A stretch of DNA of 64,000 nt from Candidatus Poriferihabitaceae bacterium (GCA_965214055.1 OZ243931.1:462195-526194); one strand, 5' to 3'; counted from the stretch's first letter, positions 19,573-29,741 are shown. The notes: a model not told the origin generated them from the letters alone. Numbers and translations: made by a program.

Positions 19573-19660
19573 GGAGAGCTGGCAGAGCGGTCGAATGCGG
19601 CGGTCTTGAAAACCGTTGACTGTAACAGGTCCGGGGGTTCGAATCCCTCGCTCTCCGCCA
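19573..19660 (+). tRNA. tRNA-Ser (anticodon UGA)
   Basis: The GGAGAGC acceptor pairs with GCTCTCC. The anticodon loop is CTTGAAA (UGA). There is a long variable arm (TGACTGTAACAGGTCC), a T-loop GGTTCGAATCC and an encoded CCA. Confidence 0.95.
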
Positions 19661-19746
19661 CCTTATTTTCGTGTTACAAGCAAATAAAACTGTCCGAAAA
19701 GAGAAAAAAACCATCCCCACCCGTCCGGATCAATGCGCAGCAGCCG

Positions 19747-20406
19747 TTAGGGCTCAAGCCCGGTTTCGTCCAGCCTTTCTTCCACTGCGATCACAGCGGC
19801 CTGAACCCGGGAGTGGACCTTGAGTTTTCTCAGGATGGATTTCACGTGCAGTTTGACGGTGCCATCCGTAATCCCAAGATTTCTTGCAATCACCTTGTTG
19901 CTCCAACCCTTTGTGATATCACGCAGCACCTCCTGTTCTCTCGCAGTCAGGACACTTCGCACGGAATGAGAGGAGGCACCCGGAGTGGCGGACACCCCCT
20001 TTTGCACTGCGCTTGCCAGCACTTTGGTTAAATCCGGGGCAACAATGGTCTCTCCGGACATCACATCCCTCAGGGCCATGACCAAATCGTCCGGGTCCAT
20101 GTCCTTTAACAGATACCCCTGGGCTCCCAGCCTGAGGGATTCAACCAGGTCGACTTCATCACTTGATGTCGTCAACATGATGACCGGGGTCTCGATATGC
20201 TTCTTTCGAATCCATTGCAATACTTCAAGGCCATTCATTTCCGGCATGCGCAAATCCAGCAATATGATATCGAATCCTGCTTTTTGCAAAACCTGGATAC
20301 CTTCCCGTCCGCTTCCCGCCGCAACCACATCTATCCGGTAACGCCCAAGCAGGCTGACCAGGCCTGAACGGAATAAGGTATGATCATCAATGACCAGTAA
20401 TTTCAT
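19747..20406 (-). CDS. NarL/FixJ-family response regulator (REC + LuxR-type HTH)
   Basis: MKLLVIDDH...DIILLDLRMPEMNG is the receiver domain. The C-terminal LTAREQEVLRDITKGWSNKVIARNLGITDGTVKLHVKSILRKL is a LuxR HTH. Confidence 0.9.
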   Translation of the reverse strand: MKLLVIDDHTLFRSGLVSLLGRYRIDVVAAGSGREGIQVLQKAGFDIILLDLRMPEMNGLEVLQWIRKKHIETPVIMLTTSSDEVDLVESLRLGAQGYLLKDMDPDDLVMALRDVMSGETIVAPDLTKVLASAVQKGVSATPGASSHSVRSVLTAREQEVLRDITKGWSNKVIARNLGITDGTVKLHVKSILRKLKVHSRVQAAVIAVEERLDETGLEP

Positions 20407-20416
20407 ACGAGTACCT

Positions 20417-21091
20417 CTATCTCACTCTCTGCCCACCCGGTGACGGCGAACCGGGAAACCTCAGGTGAACTCTTGTCCCGTCTCCGGGAACACTCTCGAC
20501 ATTCAATTCACCGCCGATCCTCTCCGCTCTTTCACTCATTACACTCAAACCGAAATGTTCATGATTGTCGCGGTTTTCCGTTGATTCGGCAAATCCCACC
20601 CCGTTGTCTTCGATCAAGACATGCACATGATCCGTTTCCCGGTGCATCAGAATACGCACGATATCCGCCCCGGCATGCTTGCGAATATTCACCAGTGCCT
20701 CCTGTACAATTCTGACAACCTGCGTCGTCACCATGACCGACAAATCCGGATCACCCAGCCTGTTTTGGAATACGGCATGGATTGCGGTTTCGTTCTCAAA
20801 CCGTTGAATGGCACTTTCCAGTGCAGGACCCAGGGTGAGGTTTTCAATGGGCGCCCGAAACTTCCGGATTAATTCACGCAATTCCTGGTTGGCGATCTCA
20901 ACATTGTTTTCAACGATTTCCAGTAACTCGAAAATTTCACACTCATCGCCACCCTGTATTGCATGGTCCAGATTGCGAATGTAGTACCGGACACTGGCCA
21001 GTGTCTGCGCCAGGGAATCGTGCAATTCGTGGGCAAGATACGTCCTTTCCTGTGTCCGGGACAACTGGTCCGTATTTTCTTCGGGGGGCAT
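20417..21091 (-). CDS. Soluble histidine kinase made only of HisKA_3 (DHp) and HATPase_c domains (NarX/DesK-type core, no sensor or TM region)
   Basis: The H-box LAHELHDSLAQTL sits about 20 residues from the N-terminus. N-, G1- and G2-type boxes (EALVNIRKHAGA, DNGVGF, GLSVMSERAERIGG) are present. There are no hydrophobic segments. The ATG is at 21091. Confidence 0.85.
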   Translation of the reverse strand: MPPEENTDQLSRTQERTYLAHELHDSLAQTLASVRYYIRNLDHAIQGGDECEIFELLEIVENNVEIANQELRELIRKFRAPIENLTLGPALESAIQRFENETAIHAVFQNRLGDPDLSVMVTTQVVRIVQEALVNIRKHAGADIVRILMHRETDHVHVLIEDNGVGFAESTENRDNHEHFGLSVMSERAERIGGELNVESVPGDGTRVHLRFPGSPSPGGQRVR

Positions 21092-21130
21092 CAATGCAGG
21101 GGTTGAGTGCGGTTCGGGAACAATTCTACC

Positions 21131-22543
21131 TTAAATGGACCGGGTCGATGGGCGGTTCTGCCGGACCCCGCGAACAAAATCCATAAACCGGCTGACCCAG
21201 CATACGGGGTCTATATTGCGCAGATGGGCATAACTTGCCAGGACATTCCTGTAGATCAGTCCATCGTGTTTTCCATCCATGCCCCAGCCACGCCTGACCC
21301 GATAGGCATACCGGTTTTTACTTTCAAGCAGCCGGATTCTGGAATAGTGAAATTCATGGGCGCTGATGTCCGCCGAGGACCCGTTCAGCCGCCCCCAGGG
21401 GGAATGGCCGGTTTCTTCCAGCCGCACATATCCCCGGCCCACCGGTTTGGCCTGCATTTCCACATCCAGGGGCAACGCACCCACCATTTGTGCTGTCCGC
21501 CCCTGCCAGCGAATGGATTTTCCAAGATACATCAGTCCGCCGCATTCGGCATAGACCGGCCCGCCATCCGCAACAAACGCCCCGATGGCGTGACGCATGG
21601 AGGCATTTTTTTCCAGGGCTTCCATGTACATCTCCGGAAACCCTCCTCCGATAAACAGTGCATCGACATTCTCAGGGAGGGTTTCATCCGCCAGTGTGTC
21701 GAAGAATTCCAATCGGGCTCCCTGACTTTCGAAAGACCGGAGATCATCCGCATAGTAAAAGCAAAATGCACGGTCCCGGGGGATGCCAATACGAATGTCC
21801 GGTGCAGGATGCGTGGTCATCCGGGCAGGGGCTCTTTGTGGTTCCGGGCACGGAGGCACCCCGGGCAACCGATGGAGGTCAACGCAGGACTCAACGACCT
21901 GACGAATCTCCCGAATCCGGGTATCGGCGGATGCGACCTCGTTACTCGGGGTCAAACCGAGATGCCTTTCATTGATGTTCAGGCGCTGATTTCGTGCAAT
22001 GGATCCCATCACTTCCATGTCGGTATGCGCCCGGATATTGGAGCATAACTTTCCTTCATGGCGGGAACCCGCCACCTTGTTCAGGATCACCCCTGCAATA
22101 TTGATTTTCGAATCAAATTGCTGATACCCCCGTATGAGCGGTGCAATCCCCCGGGTGGTCCCCTGGGTATCGAGCACCAGGATCACCGGAACATCCAGTA
22201 ACCCGGCCAATTGTGCATTGCTGTCGCTCCCATCCACCGACATCCCGTCGTAGAGCCCCTTGTTGCCTTCAATGATGGACACCGCGGCATCATCCGTCCC
22301 GGAAGAAAATGCGGCGCGTATCTGGGAGACGCTCTGGGTGTTGAAATCAAGATTGATACACGGGTTGCGTGCCGCCCGGGTGAGCCACAACGGGTCAATG
22401 TAGTCCGGCCCCTTCTTGAAAGGCCGGACCGCTGCACCGCGTTCCCTGAGCGCGGCACAAATGCCCACGGCAACGATGGTTTTCCCGGAGGACTTGTGGG
22501 CGGCGGAGAGATAAAAACCCGGTTTCTGTTCCACTGGCATCAT
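21131..22543 (-). CDS. dsrN: DsrN, cobyrinic acid a,c-diamide synthase homolog (proposed siroheme amidase)
   Basis: 470 aa of CobB/CbiA type with an N-terminal P-loop-like AAHKSSGKT and a C-terminal glutamine amidotransferase domain with ECGGLMYL. It lies directly after dsrP, as in known dsr operons. Confidence 0.85.
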   Translation of the reverse strand: MMPVEQKPGFYLSAAHKSSGKTIVAVGICAALRERGAAVRPFKKGPDYIDPLWLTRAARNPCINLDFNTQSVSQIRAAFSSGTDDAAVSIIEGNKGLYDGMSVDGSDSNAQLAGLLDVPVILVLDTQGTTRGIAPLIRGYQQFDSKINIAGVILNKVAGSRHEGKLCSNIRAHTDMEVMGSIARNQRLNINERHLGLTPSNEVASADTRIREIRQVVESCVDLHRLPGVPPCPEPQRAPARMTTHPAPDIRIGIPRDRAFCFYYADDLRSFESQGARLEFFDTLADETLPENVDALFIGGGFPEMYMEALEKNASMRHAIGAFVADGGPVYAECGGLMYLGKSIRWQGRTAQMVGALPLDVEMQAKPVGRGYVRLEETGHSPWGRLNGSSADISAHEFHYSRIRLLESKNRYAYRVRRGWGMDGKHDGLIYRNVLASYAHLRNIDPVCWVSRFMDFVRGVRQNRPSTRSI

Positions 22544-22558
22544 TCCGGTAATCCGCGG

Positions 22559-23749
22559 TTACCCGGACACCGCATCACCCGGCAGGAAGGGTAAAACCCG
22601 CATTGCCAGCAGGCTGGCCAGGATGGAGAACGCCAGCCCCCCTGCTCCCAGCGAAACTTCGGCGATACTGGGATGATAGCTGGCAATCACCCCGTCAAAA
22701 AAGCCGCTGGAAACCACTTTTCCCGGAAACATCTCAAGGGGCCAGGCCTGGCCCCCGATAATGATGACATAGAGTTGGGAAAAACCGCCGACAATGATCA
22801 GGATACTGGCAGTCACCAGCCTGCCGGTTGACCCGGACCCGGGATAAAATATCAGATAGAGTGGAATCAGGCTGCCGGCAATAATCTGTCCGAACCAGAA
22901 CAATGCCGTGTACAGGCCGCCCTCAACCAGTATGAACTGCTCAAACCCATGATTTTCAGCACCATACAATCGAGTCAGGTGAAACAGTCCGGTAAAGAAC
23001 AAGACCGCCAGGGTAAACATTCCCGCAAGTCTTGCCAGTCTTTCCAGTACTGGGCGGGGGTCCACACCGAGGGACGGCCTGCGGTACAGGGCGTACAGGA
23101 AAAGTATGAAAAATGCAGTACCCAGACTCAGTGACATCGCAATGAACAGGGGGGCCATCAAGGCGGTGTCATAGGCCTGCCTGGCAACCAGAAACCCGAA
23201 TATCGACCCGGTCCCCGTAGTCAGAACGATTCGCCATGTGAACGCCACACTGCCGGAGACCCGGGTAAATCGATTCATACGGGGTTCAAACATCATCCAC
23301 AGATAAACCGCCACCACGAGGAGGAAACCCGTATACAGGAAAATATTCCAGGCAAAGATGGATTTGAAGTTATAGTGGGTCATGGCAATGATCAGGCGGT
23401 CCGGCCGGCCCAGGTCCAGCACCAGTACCAGCAGTCCACCAACCAGCAGCGTCACCGCAAGCAAACCCGACAGTCTTCCCCATGCCTGGTATTCCGTCTT
23501 GCCGAATACGGAGGATATGGAGGCCACGTTCAGCACACCGGAAGCCGTGACGATGAGAAAAATGGCAAACAGGTGGGGAACCCCCCATACGACCTGGTTG
23601 CTCATACCCGTAATCCAATGCCCTTCATGCTCCATGGATCGCGCAAAGAAAATCCCGTTCACCACCATCAGGGCAAGCCCCACAAGAACCATCCAGTAGG
23701 ATGTGCCGGTGCAGTTCAGGGTGTAATAGGTGGGTCGGGTCACACGCAC
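22559..23749 (-). CDS. dsrP: DsrP, NrfD/PsrC-like integral membrane subunit
   Basis: 396 aa with about 10 TM helices. It lies after dsrO, matching the dsrMKJOP order. Confidence 0.85.
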   Translation of the reverse strand: MRVTRPTYYTLNCTGTSYWMVLVGLALMVVNGIFFARSMEHEGHWITGMSNQVVWGVPHLFAIFLIVTASGVLNVASISSVFGKTEYQAWGRLSGLLAVTLLVGGLLVLVLDLGRPDRLIIAMTHYNFKSIFAWNIFLYTGFLLVVAVYLWMMFEPRMNRFTRVSGSVAFTWRIVLTTGTGSIFGFLVARQAYDTALMAPLFIAMSLSLGTAFFILFLYALYRRPSLGVDPRPVLERLARLAGMFTLAVLFFTGLFHLTRLYGAENHGFEQFILVEGGLYTALFWFGQIIAGSLIPLYLIFYPGSGSTGRLVTASILIIVGGFSQLYVIIIGGQAWPLEMFPGKVVSSGFFDGVIASYHPSIAEVSLGAGGLAFSILASLLAMRVLPFLPGDAVSG

Positions 23750-23761
23750 TGTTCCGGCTGC

Positions 23762-24493
23762 CTATACCCCATGGTAGCGAACCCCCGTGTTGAGGTTGAG
23801 GTCGCTTCGAATCTGGGTGGTGGATTTTTCTTTCAACTGCCTCGACAGTTCACTGCCCGGATCATTCATATCGCCAAATACCAATGCCTGGTGGCCAGCG
23901 TCTCCACAGGCTTCGACACAGGCCGGCGTCCCCCCCCGGTCCACCCGGTGGGTGCAAAAATTACAGGATTCAACGGTCCCTTTCCCCCTTGGCGTGTGGG
24001 GCACCTGGTCGGTCAGGTTTTCGTGTATAAACGAGCGGGCCTTGTACGGGCAGGCCAGCATGCAGTACCGGCAACCGATGCAGGTGTGCTTGTCGACAAG
24101 CACCACCCCGTCTTCCCGTCGAAAGGATGCACCGGTGGGGCAGACATCAACACAGGGTGCCGTTTCGCAATGCTGGCACATCACGGGAAACGACTGGTCC
24201 CGGCCCGTAGCCGGGTCATGAACCTCCACAACACGGATATACTGTGCATCCGTTTCCGCCCGGCCTTTCCCGTACAGGCCGTGTTCCTGGTTGCAGGCCT
24301 CCACACAATCCGTACATCCGCTGGCACATTTCGTCGTGTCCACCAGCATGCCCCATCGAACCAGGTCCCCGGTGGACCCGCCTTTTGAAGCGGCCACCGC
24401 AAGATCAACCAGGCGTACCCCCGGGGCCAGGGCCAGCAATGCCGTTCCCGCTGTTTTCAGCATTTTGCGCCGGTTCATTTTCGATGCGCCCAT
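23762..24493 (-). CDS. dsrO: DsrO, periplasmic Fe-S protein (Tat signal, 4x[4Fe-4S] ferredoxin-like)
   Basis: A twin-arginine signal NRRKMLKTAG is present. Multiple CxxCxxCxxxC(P)-like clusters occur (CASGCTDCVEAC, CQHCETAPCVDVCP, CIGCRYCMLACP, CNFCTHRV). Confidence 0.9.
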   Translation of the reverse strand: MGASKMNRRKMLKTAGTALLALAPGVRLVDLAVAASKGGSTGDLVRWGMLVDTTKCASGCTDCVEACNQEHGLYGKGRAETDAQYIRVVEVHDPATGRDQSFPVMCQHCETAPCVDVCPTGASFRREDGVVLVDKHTCIGCRYCMLACPYKARSFIHENLTDQVPHTPRGKGTVESCNFCTHRVDRGGTPACVEACGDAGHQALVFGDMNDPGSELSRQLKEKSTTQIRSDLNLNTGVRYHGV

Positions 24494-24496
24494 GAC

Positions 24497-24892
24497 CTAT
24501 TCCGCCAATGCCACCGCTTTCCCGGGTGTGGTGGCATGGCACTCAAAGCAATCCATCTTCACCGCCGTGTAGGAATGGCATTCTTCGCAGAACTGCCCCG
24601 GAGCGTTCACCGGAATATACTCGCCCCGGGTATCTTTTTGGGTATGGCAGGACAGGCATCCCGTGAGGCTGTGTTCGGCATCCCTTTCCCCGGCATACAT
24701 GGTCCGGTCCCGCTGGTGAAACAACAGGGTCATATGCTCCCTGCGCATCACCTCCACCGGTGCCACGCAGCTTTCCCCCATGACCGCCCGGGGGATTTCC
24801 CGGTCAGACCCCGTCAATTTATCGGATGCCATGGAAATCGTTATCAGGCACAGCCCGAAACCGATCAGCAGGAACTGTCCGCGTGCGTACAT
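24497..24892 (-). CDS. dsrJ: DsrJ, triheme cytochrome c
   Basis: Three CxxCH motifs (CLSCH, CEECH, CFECH) follow an N-terminal signal anchor. The start was set at the ATG at 24892, just after the dsrL stop. Confidence 0.85.
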   Translation of the reverse strand: MYARGQFLLIGFGLCLITISMASDKLTGSDREIPRAVMGESCVAPVEVMRREHMTLLFHQRDRTMYAGERDAEHSLTGCLSCHTQKDTRGEYIPVNAPGQFCEECHSYTAVKMDCFECHATTPGKAVALAE

Positions 24893-24911
24893 GGCGTACC
24901 AGATGGACCGG

Positions 24912-26864
24912 CTACTTGCCAAGGCCCATGTCAATGTACCCGGTGGGACAGACATCCGCGCAAATATGGCAGCCGATACACTTGTTGTAATCCGTGTCCA
25001 CATACCGCCCCAGGGTGGATTGATCCTTTTTCACCCGGAACACGGCGGTCTGGGGGCAATAGATCACGCAGTTGTCGCACTCAAAGCACATCCCGCAACT
25101 CATGCAGCGGTTCGACTCCGTGACCGCCTGCTCTTCGGTCAAGACCTGATGCCGTTCTTCGAAATGTCCCAGAACTTCATCGGCATCGGGAACCCTGGAC
25201 TCCCGCTTGACCCGGTCTTCGTACTGGAAATGCGCCAGGAACAGGTCATCGGACGGAATGATTTCGTTTGCACCCCGGTCCTCAAAATTATGGACCGCAA
25301 ACCCTGCCCCATCGGTACCGCGCACCTGGGTATTGTCATAATCCGTGGGGGCCAGGCGGGCCTCATTGAGCTTGCTTAACAGGTTGAAGTGATGGACGTC
25401 CACTTTCGGCCGCCTGGCCGGGTCGGAGCCCGAGAGATAGCTGATCACGCTGGCCGCGGCAATGGATGCCTGGCCAATGGCCGTGGTCAGCAGGTGCGGC
25501 CGAATGATGTCCCCGGCCACGAAGTGCTTCTCCCGGCCCGGAACACGAAAAAAGGCATCGGTATCGATAAACTGCCGGTCATTGCCGATTTCCTCAATCC
25601 CCTGAAGATCTCCACCCTGCCCGATGGCGGATACAATCAGGTCGGTTTCCAACTCGAATTCCGTGCCCTCCACAGGGGTCGGCACCCCGTTGCCATCCAC
25701 CTGGCACTCGGTCATTCTGAGGCCCGTGGCCCGGCCCGATTCATCCACCAGGATTTCCACGGGCATCACGCCGTCCACGATTCTCACCCCCTCGGTGGTG
25801 GCATCCGACACTTCCGTTTCGGTGGCCGTCATTTCCTGGCGCTTGAACAATGAAGTCAGAACGACGTCGGATCCCTCCCGGGCGGCGGTCATCGCGGAAT
25901 CATGGGCCGCATACCCGCCAATGACTTCTTCCGGACGGTCTTTCTGGTTGATCTGGTCAATTTTACCCAGTCGCCTAGCCACGGATACCACGTCCACCGA
26001 GGTATCGCCGCCTCCCACGCACACGACCTTCTCGGCCGTTACCTTCATATCGCCTTTATTGAAGGCCTCAAGGAATGCCACGCCGCTGACGCAGTTCGAT
26101 GCCCCGGTCCACCCGTCCAGGGGCAGGCCCCGCCCGCTCTGGCAGCCGATGGCCCAGATAATCGCATCGTACTCCTCTTCCAACTGTGCTATGGAGATAT
26201 CCGTGCCCACCCGGGTATTCAGCCTGATTTCGATGTCTCCCAGGTCCAGGATTCTCTGGATTTCATGATCCAGGATGTGCCTCGGTGTCCGGTACCCGGG
26301 AATGCCAAAGCGGAACATCCCCCCCAGTTCGGACTGCTTTTCAAAGAGAACCGAGCCGTAGCCCCGGCGCCGCAACTGGTAAGCTGCCGCCAGTCCCGCG
26401 GGCCCTGCACCAATGATGGCGATTTTATGGTTGTTTATCGCCGCCGGCGGATCGAATCTGAAATTCTCATCGAAAGCGGTGTCCCCGATGTATTGCTCCA
26501 CCGCATTGATGCCGACAAAATCGTCCACATTGTTTCGATTGCAGCCATCCTCGCAGGGGGCCGGGCACACCCTGCCCATCATGGATGGAAACGGATTCGC
26601 ATCCGTAGAACGGCGAAAGGCGTATTCCTGCCAGGTCATGCCTTCCGGGGGGGTCTCGATACCACGAATGATCTGCAGCCATCCCCGGATGTCTTCTCCG
26701 GAAGGGCAGCTGCCCTGGCATGGCGGGGTTCGATGGACATAGGTCGGGCATTTGTGGGAGGTATCTTCGTTAAAGATGTCCTCCTGGTAATTCCTCCATT
26801 TAAACGCACCTTCTTCGAACTTCCTGAAAGTCAGGGGATTGTCATTGTTGGCAGGGACACTCAT
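24912..26864 (-). CDS. dsrL: DsrL, NAD(P)H:acceptor oxidoreductase (GltD-like Fe-S flavoprotein with C-terminal ferredoxin domain)
   Basis: It has an N-terminal Cys cluster region, the dinucleotide fold IAIIGAGPAGLAAAYQL, and a C-terminal CMSCGMCFECDNC...CIGCHICADVCP. The ATG at 26864 has a GGAG RBS, whereas the ORF-track start at 26894 is less likely. Confidence 0.85.
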   Translation of the reverse strand: MSVPANNDNPLTFRKFEEGAFKWRNYQEDIFNEDTSHKCPTYVHRTPPCQGSCPSGEDIRGWLQIIRGIETPPEGMTWQEYAFRRSTDANPFPSMMGRVCPAPCEDGCNRNNVDDFVGINAVEQYIGDTAFDENFRFDPPAAINNHKIAIIGAGPAGLAAAYQLRRRGYGSVLFEKQSELGGMFRFGIPGYRTPRHILDHEIQRILDLGDIEIRLNTRVGTDISIAQLEEEYDAIIWAIGCQSGRGLPLDGWTGASNCVSGVAFLEAFNKGDMKVTAEKVVCVGGGDTSVDVVSVARRLGKIDQINQKDRPEEVIGGYAAHDSAMTAAREGSDVVLTSLFKRQEMTATETEVSDATTEGVRIVDGVMPVEILVDESGRATGLRMTECQVDGNGVPTPVEGTEFELETDLIVSAIGQGGDLQGIEEIGNDRQFIDTDAFFRVPGREKHFVAGDIIRPHLLTTAIGQASIAAASVISYLSGSDPARRPKVDVHHFNLLSKLNEARLAPTDYDNTQVRGTDGAGFAVHNFEDRGANEIIPSDDLFLAHFQYEDRVKRESRVPDADEVLGHFEERHQVLTEEQAVTESNRCMSCGMCFECDNCVIYCPQTAVFRVKKDQSTLGRYVDTDYNKCIGCHICADVCPTGYIDMGLGK

Positions 26865-27031
26865 GGGCAACTCCGGATAAAGGGGGCAAACCATTCCTCA
26901 GGCAGCAGGAATGCAGGGAAAAGGTGGGCCGGGAACGCGCCCGGGATTGGCCGGGACAACCGGCCCGGTCTGGAACCCCGGCGGCCGGATCGTTTTCCGG
27001 GACCCGGGATAAAGAACGGTGGTGCCATCAT

Positions 27032-28531
27032 TTAATGCGTCGCCTCCATGATCAGTGCATCCCCCACCAGCTGGTGCACACTGATCACCATGCCCATGTC
27101 CATTCCGTACAGGGGAAGCACCCGGGAAAACTGGCTTTTGCAGATGGCACAGATCGCCGCCATGTGGGTAACACCATGCTCTTCGATCACCTGTTGCAGG
27201 GCCTGGGCCCTTGGCATCGCACCCTTGGTCCTGAGTTCCAGCAAATCATCGGTGAGCAGACCGCCGCCACCGCCGCAGCAAAATGTATTTTCCCGGATCG
27301 TATCCGGAGCCATGTCAACAAAATGATTGCTGCATGCTTTGATAATCGCTCTTGGGATGGTGAACTGCCCGCCCGGCACATTTCCCATTCTCGACCCCCG
27401 GGACACGTTGCAGGAATCATGAAACGTAATGACCTTGTCGTCATGGACCCCGGGATCAAATTTCAGTGCACCGCGCTGGATCAGGTCGTACGTCAGTTCA
27501 CAGATATGCTGGGGAATGGGATAGTCCTGGTCCAGAAAATCAAAGGGGCCGATGAGGCTGTTCCAGTAACTGTAGGCCACCCGCCACGCATGCCCGCATT
27601 CCCCCACCACGATTCGCCTGACACCCAGTTCCAGGGCGGCGGTGCGGATCCGTTCCGCAACCTTTTGCATGTGCTCATAAGAGCCGGTAAAGATGCCAAA
27701 GTTTGCCGCTTCGGACGCGTAGGAGCTCAGGGTCCACTCAATCCCGGCCTTGTGAAAGACTTTGGCATACCCCATCAGGCCGTCCACATGGGGTTCGGCA
27801 AAAAAATCAGCGCTCGGAGTCACCAGCAGTACTTCTGCCCCCGGCTGGTCCACGGGCAGCCGGACCACCACCCCGGTCTCGTCCTCGATATCCTCCTCGA
27901 GCCCCTCCAGGGTGTCCGCTAGGGCCGGTTTGGGCAGGCCGAGATTGTTGCCGATGGCATGCACTTTGCCGATGATTTCATTGCTGTATTTTTGTCCGAC
28001 GCCAATGTGGTCCAGGATCTCCCGGGCGGCCATGGTGACCTCGGCGGTGTCAATGCCGATGGGGCAGAATCCCGAGCACCTCCGGCACTCCGAGCACTGG
28101 TAGAAATAGCGGTACCAGTCGGCAATCACTTCTTCCGTAAGATCCACCGCACCCACCAGCTTCGGGAAGTACTTCCCCGCAAAGGTGAAATAGCGGCGGT
28201 AGACGGCGCGCAACAGGTCCTGCCTGGCCACCGGCATATTCTTGGGGTCCGCGGTTCCCAGGAAATAATGGCACTTGTCCGTGCACGCGCCGCACTTGAC
28301 ACAGGTATCCATGAACACCCGAAGGGAGCGGAACCGGGTCAGCAGCTCCCCCATCTTTTCAATCGCCCGGTCGTGCCAGTCTTCCACCAGTTCCCCGGGG
28401 TATCCCAGGGGTTCCTGGTGCTCGGGCTTGGCCACAAACGGCTGGCTGTGCGCCATCGAATCATTGACGAGGACCGGAATCTCCGGAAATGACTTCAGTT
28501 CGGGAACTTCGAAATCGACTTTCATGGGCAA
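27032..28531 (-). CDS. dsrK: DsrK, HdrD-like catalytic subunit with CCG domains
   Basis: It carries CVKCGACTDKCH and CSECRRCSGFCP Fe-S motifs plus CCG-domain motifs (FHDSCN..., TFCCGGGGG). Confidence 0.9.
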   Translation of the reverse strand: MPMKVDFEVPELKSFPEIPVLVNDSMAHSQPFVAKPEHQEPLGYPGELVEDWHDRAIEKMGELLTRFRSLRVFMDTCVKCGACTDKCHYFLGTADPKNMPVARQDLLRAVYRRYFTFAGKYFPKLVGAVDLTEEVIADWYRYFYQCSECRRCSGFCPIGIDTAEVTMAAREILDHIGVGQKYSNEIIGKVHAIGNNLGLPKPALADTLEGLEEDIEDETGVVVRLPVDQPGAEVLLVTPSADFFAEPHVDGLMGYAKVFHKAGIEWTLSSYASEAANFGIFTGSYEHMQKVAERIRTAALELGVRRIVVGECGHAWRVAYSYWNSLIGPFDFLDQDYPIPQHICELTYDLIQRGALKFDPGVHDDKVITFHDSCNVSRGSRMGNVPGGQFTIPRAIIKACSNHFVDMAPDTIRENTFCCGGGGGLLTDDLLELRTKGAMPRAQALQQVIEEHGVTHMAAICAICKSQFSRVLPLYGMDMGMVISVHQLVGDALIMEATH

Positions 28532-28537
28532 TCCGGT

Positions 28538-29266
28538 CTAATTGGCTGGCCGGTCCGCCCAGGGCGCAACATGCCTGCGCTCTCTGGGATTGTCCACCTG
28601 GTTTCGGGTGGGGCTGAATACAATCCCCGGCCCGTGCAGCAGCTTGCTGATGGGGAAGACCAGCATCAGGACAATGACCAGGCCCAGATGAACCAGCAAA
28701 ATGGCATCCGGCGGCAGGGGTTGCCAGTCCAGCGTCATGAGACCATAGATAAATTCCTTGAGCTGCACGATATCGCTGTGCAGGACATGCTTCATCAACA
28801 GGCCGCTGACGCCGATGGCAATGATCAACAGCAGCATGAGGTAATCGGACGGGTCGGATATATACCGGATCCTGTCAACGAAAAAGCGCCGTGCCAGCAG
28901 CCCTAGCAGGCCAAAAACCATCACCCACCCCATGTACACACCCAGGTCCCCCAGCATCACCGAAATCCCCCATGCCGGCTCGGTAAAGTACCGCAGGTGC
29001 CGGATCAGAACGATGAGCATCCCAAAGTGAAACAACCACCCGAAAAGCCAACTCCATTTGCTGCCCCTGAACAGGCTTTCAAAGAAAACAATTTCCCGAA
29101 ACAGCCTTCCGGCCACCCCCCACCGGGTGGTCGGTGCCGGAGTGGTGGGAATTTTCAGTGGCGCCGGGGTGCGGGAGTACTGGACCATCTTGCGGGCGAC
29201 CCCGATGACCAGTACCGCCGAAGCGAGATAAAACAGCACTCCATAGATGATCGTGATCGCCGACAT
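28538..29266 (-). CDS. dsrM: DsrM, NarI-like diheme cytochrome b membrane subunit
   Basis: About 5 TM helices with conserved His residues. It is positioned between dsrC and dsrK. The ATG at 29266 is preferred over the TTG at 29293. Confidence 0.85.
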   Translation of the reverse strand: MSAITIIYGVLFYLASAVLVIGVARKMVQYSRTPAPLKIPTTPAPTTRWGVAGRLFREIVFFESLFRGSKWSWLFGWLFHFGMLIVLIRHLRYFTEPAWGISVMLGDLGVYMGWVMVFGLLGLLARRFFVDRIRYISDPSDYLMLLLIIAIGVSGLLMKHVLHSDIVQLKEFIYGLMTLDWQPLPPDAILLVHLGLVIVLMLVFPISKLLHGPGIVFSPTRNQVDNPRERRHVAPWADRPAN

Positions 29267-29408
29267 TGGATGGCCAATACCCCTAACGACCAACCCGGCA
29301 TGGTGGTCTTTGACCGGTCACGCTGCCTCCCCGTCCGGCCCCCTCATCCCACGGCTTGGGTTCAAAGACGAGACCGTCCCTGCGCCAGGCAATGGGGAAC
29401 ACCGTAGT

Positions 29409-29741
29409 CTAAACGCAGCCGGTTGGCTTGGGCAATCCTGCATACTTGCAGGCCTGCTTGGCAGGGCCATACGGGAACAATTGATACAGGTACCGGCTGT
29501 TCCCCTTGTCCCGACCCAGTTTTTTTCCGATGGACTTGGTCAAAACACGGACCGCCGGCGCGATCTGATACTCTTCGTAGTATTCCCGCAGAAAGTTGAT
29601 GACCTCCCAGTGATGTTCATCCAGGTCGCAGTCGTCCAGCTTCGCCATGTGATCGGCCACCTGGGGGTTCCAGTCTGACAAGTTGGCCAGATAGCCTTCT
29701 TCGTCGGTAGGATACGTACGACCGTCTAGTTCAATCGTCAT
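29409..29741 (-). CDS. dsrC: DsrC, sulfur-carrier protein with both conserved C-terminal cysteines
   Basis: ...HWEVINFLREYY...GNSRYLYQLFPYGPAKQACKYAGLPKPTGCV ends in the C-x10-C-V C-terminus diagnostic of true DsrC. The ATG at 29741 is preceded by GGAGA at 7-nt spacing. Confidence 0.95.
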   Translation of the reverse strand: MTIELDGRTYPTDEEGYLANLSDWNPQVADHMAKLDDCDLDEHHWEVINFLREYYEEYQIAPAVRVLTKSIGKKLGRDKGNSRYLYQLFPYGPAKQACKYAGLPKPTGCV

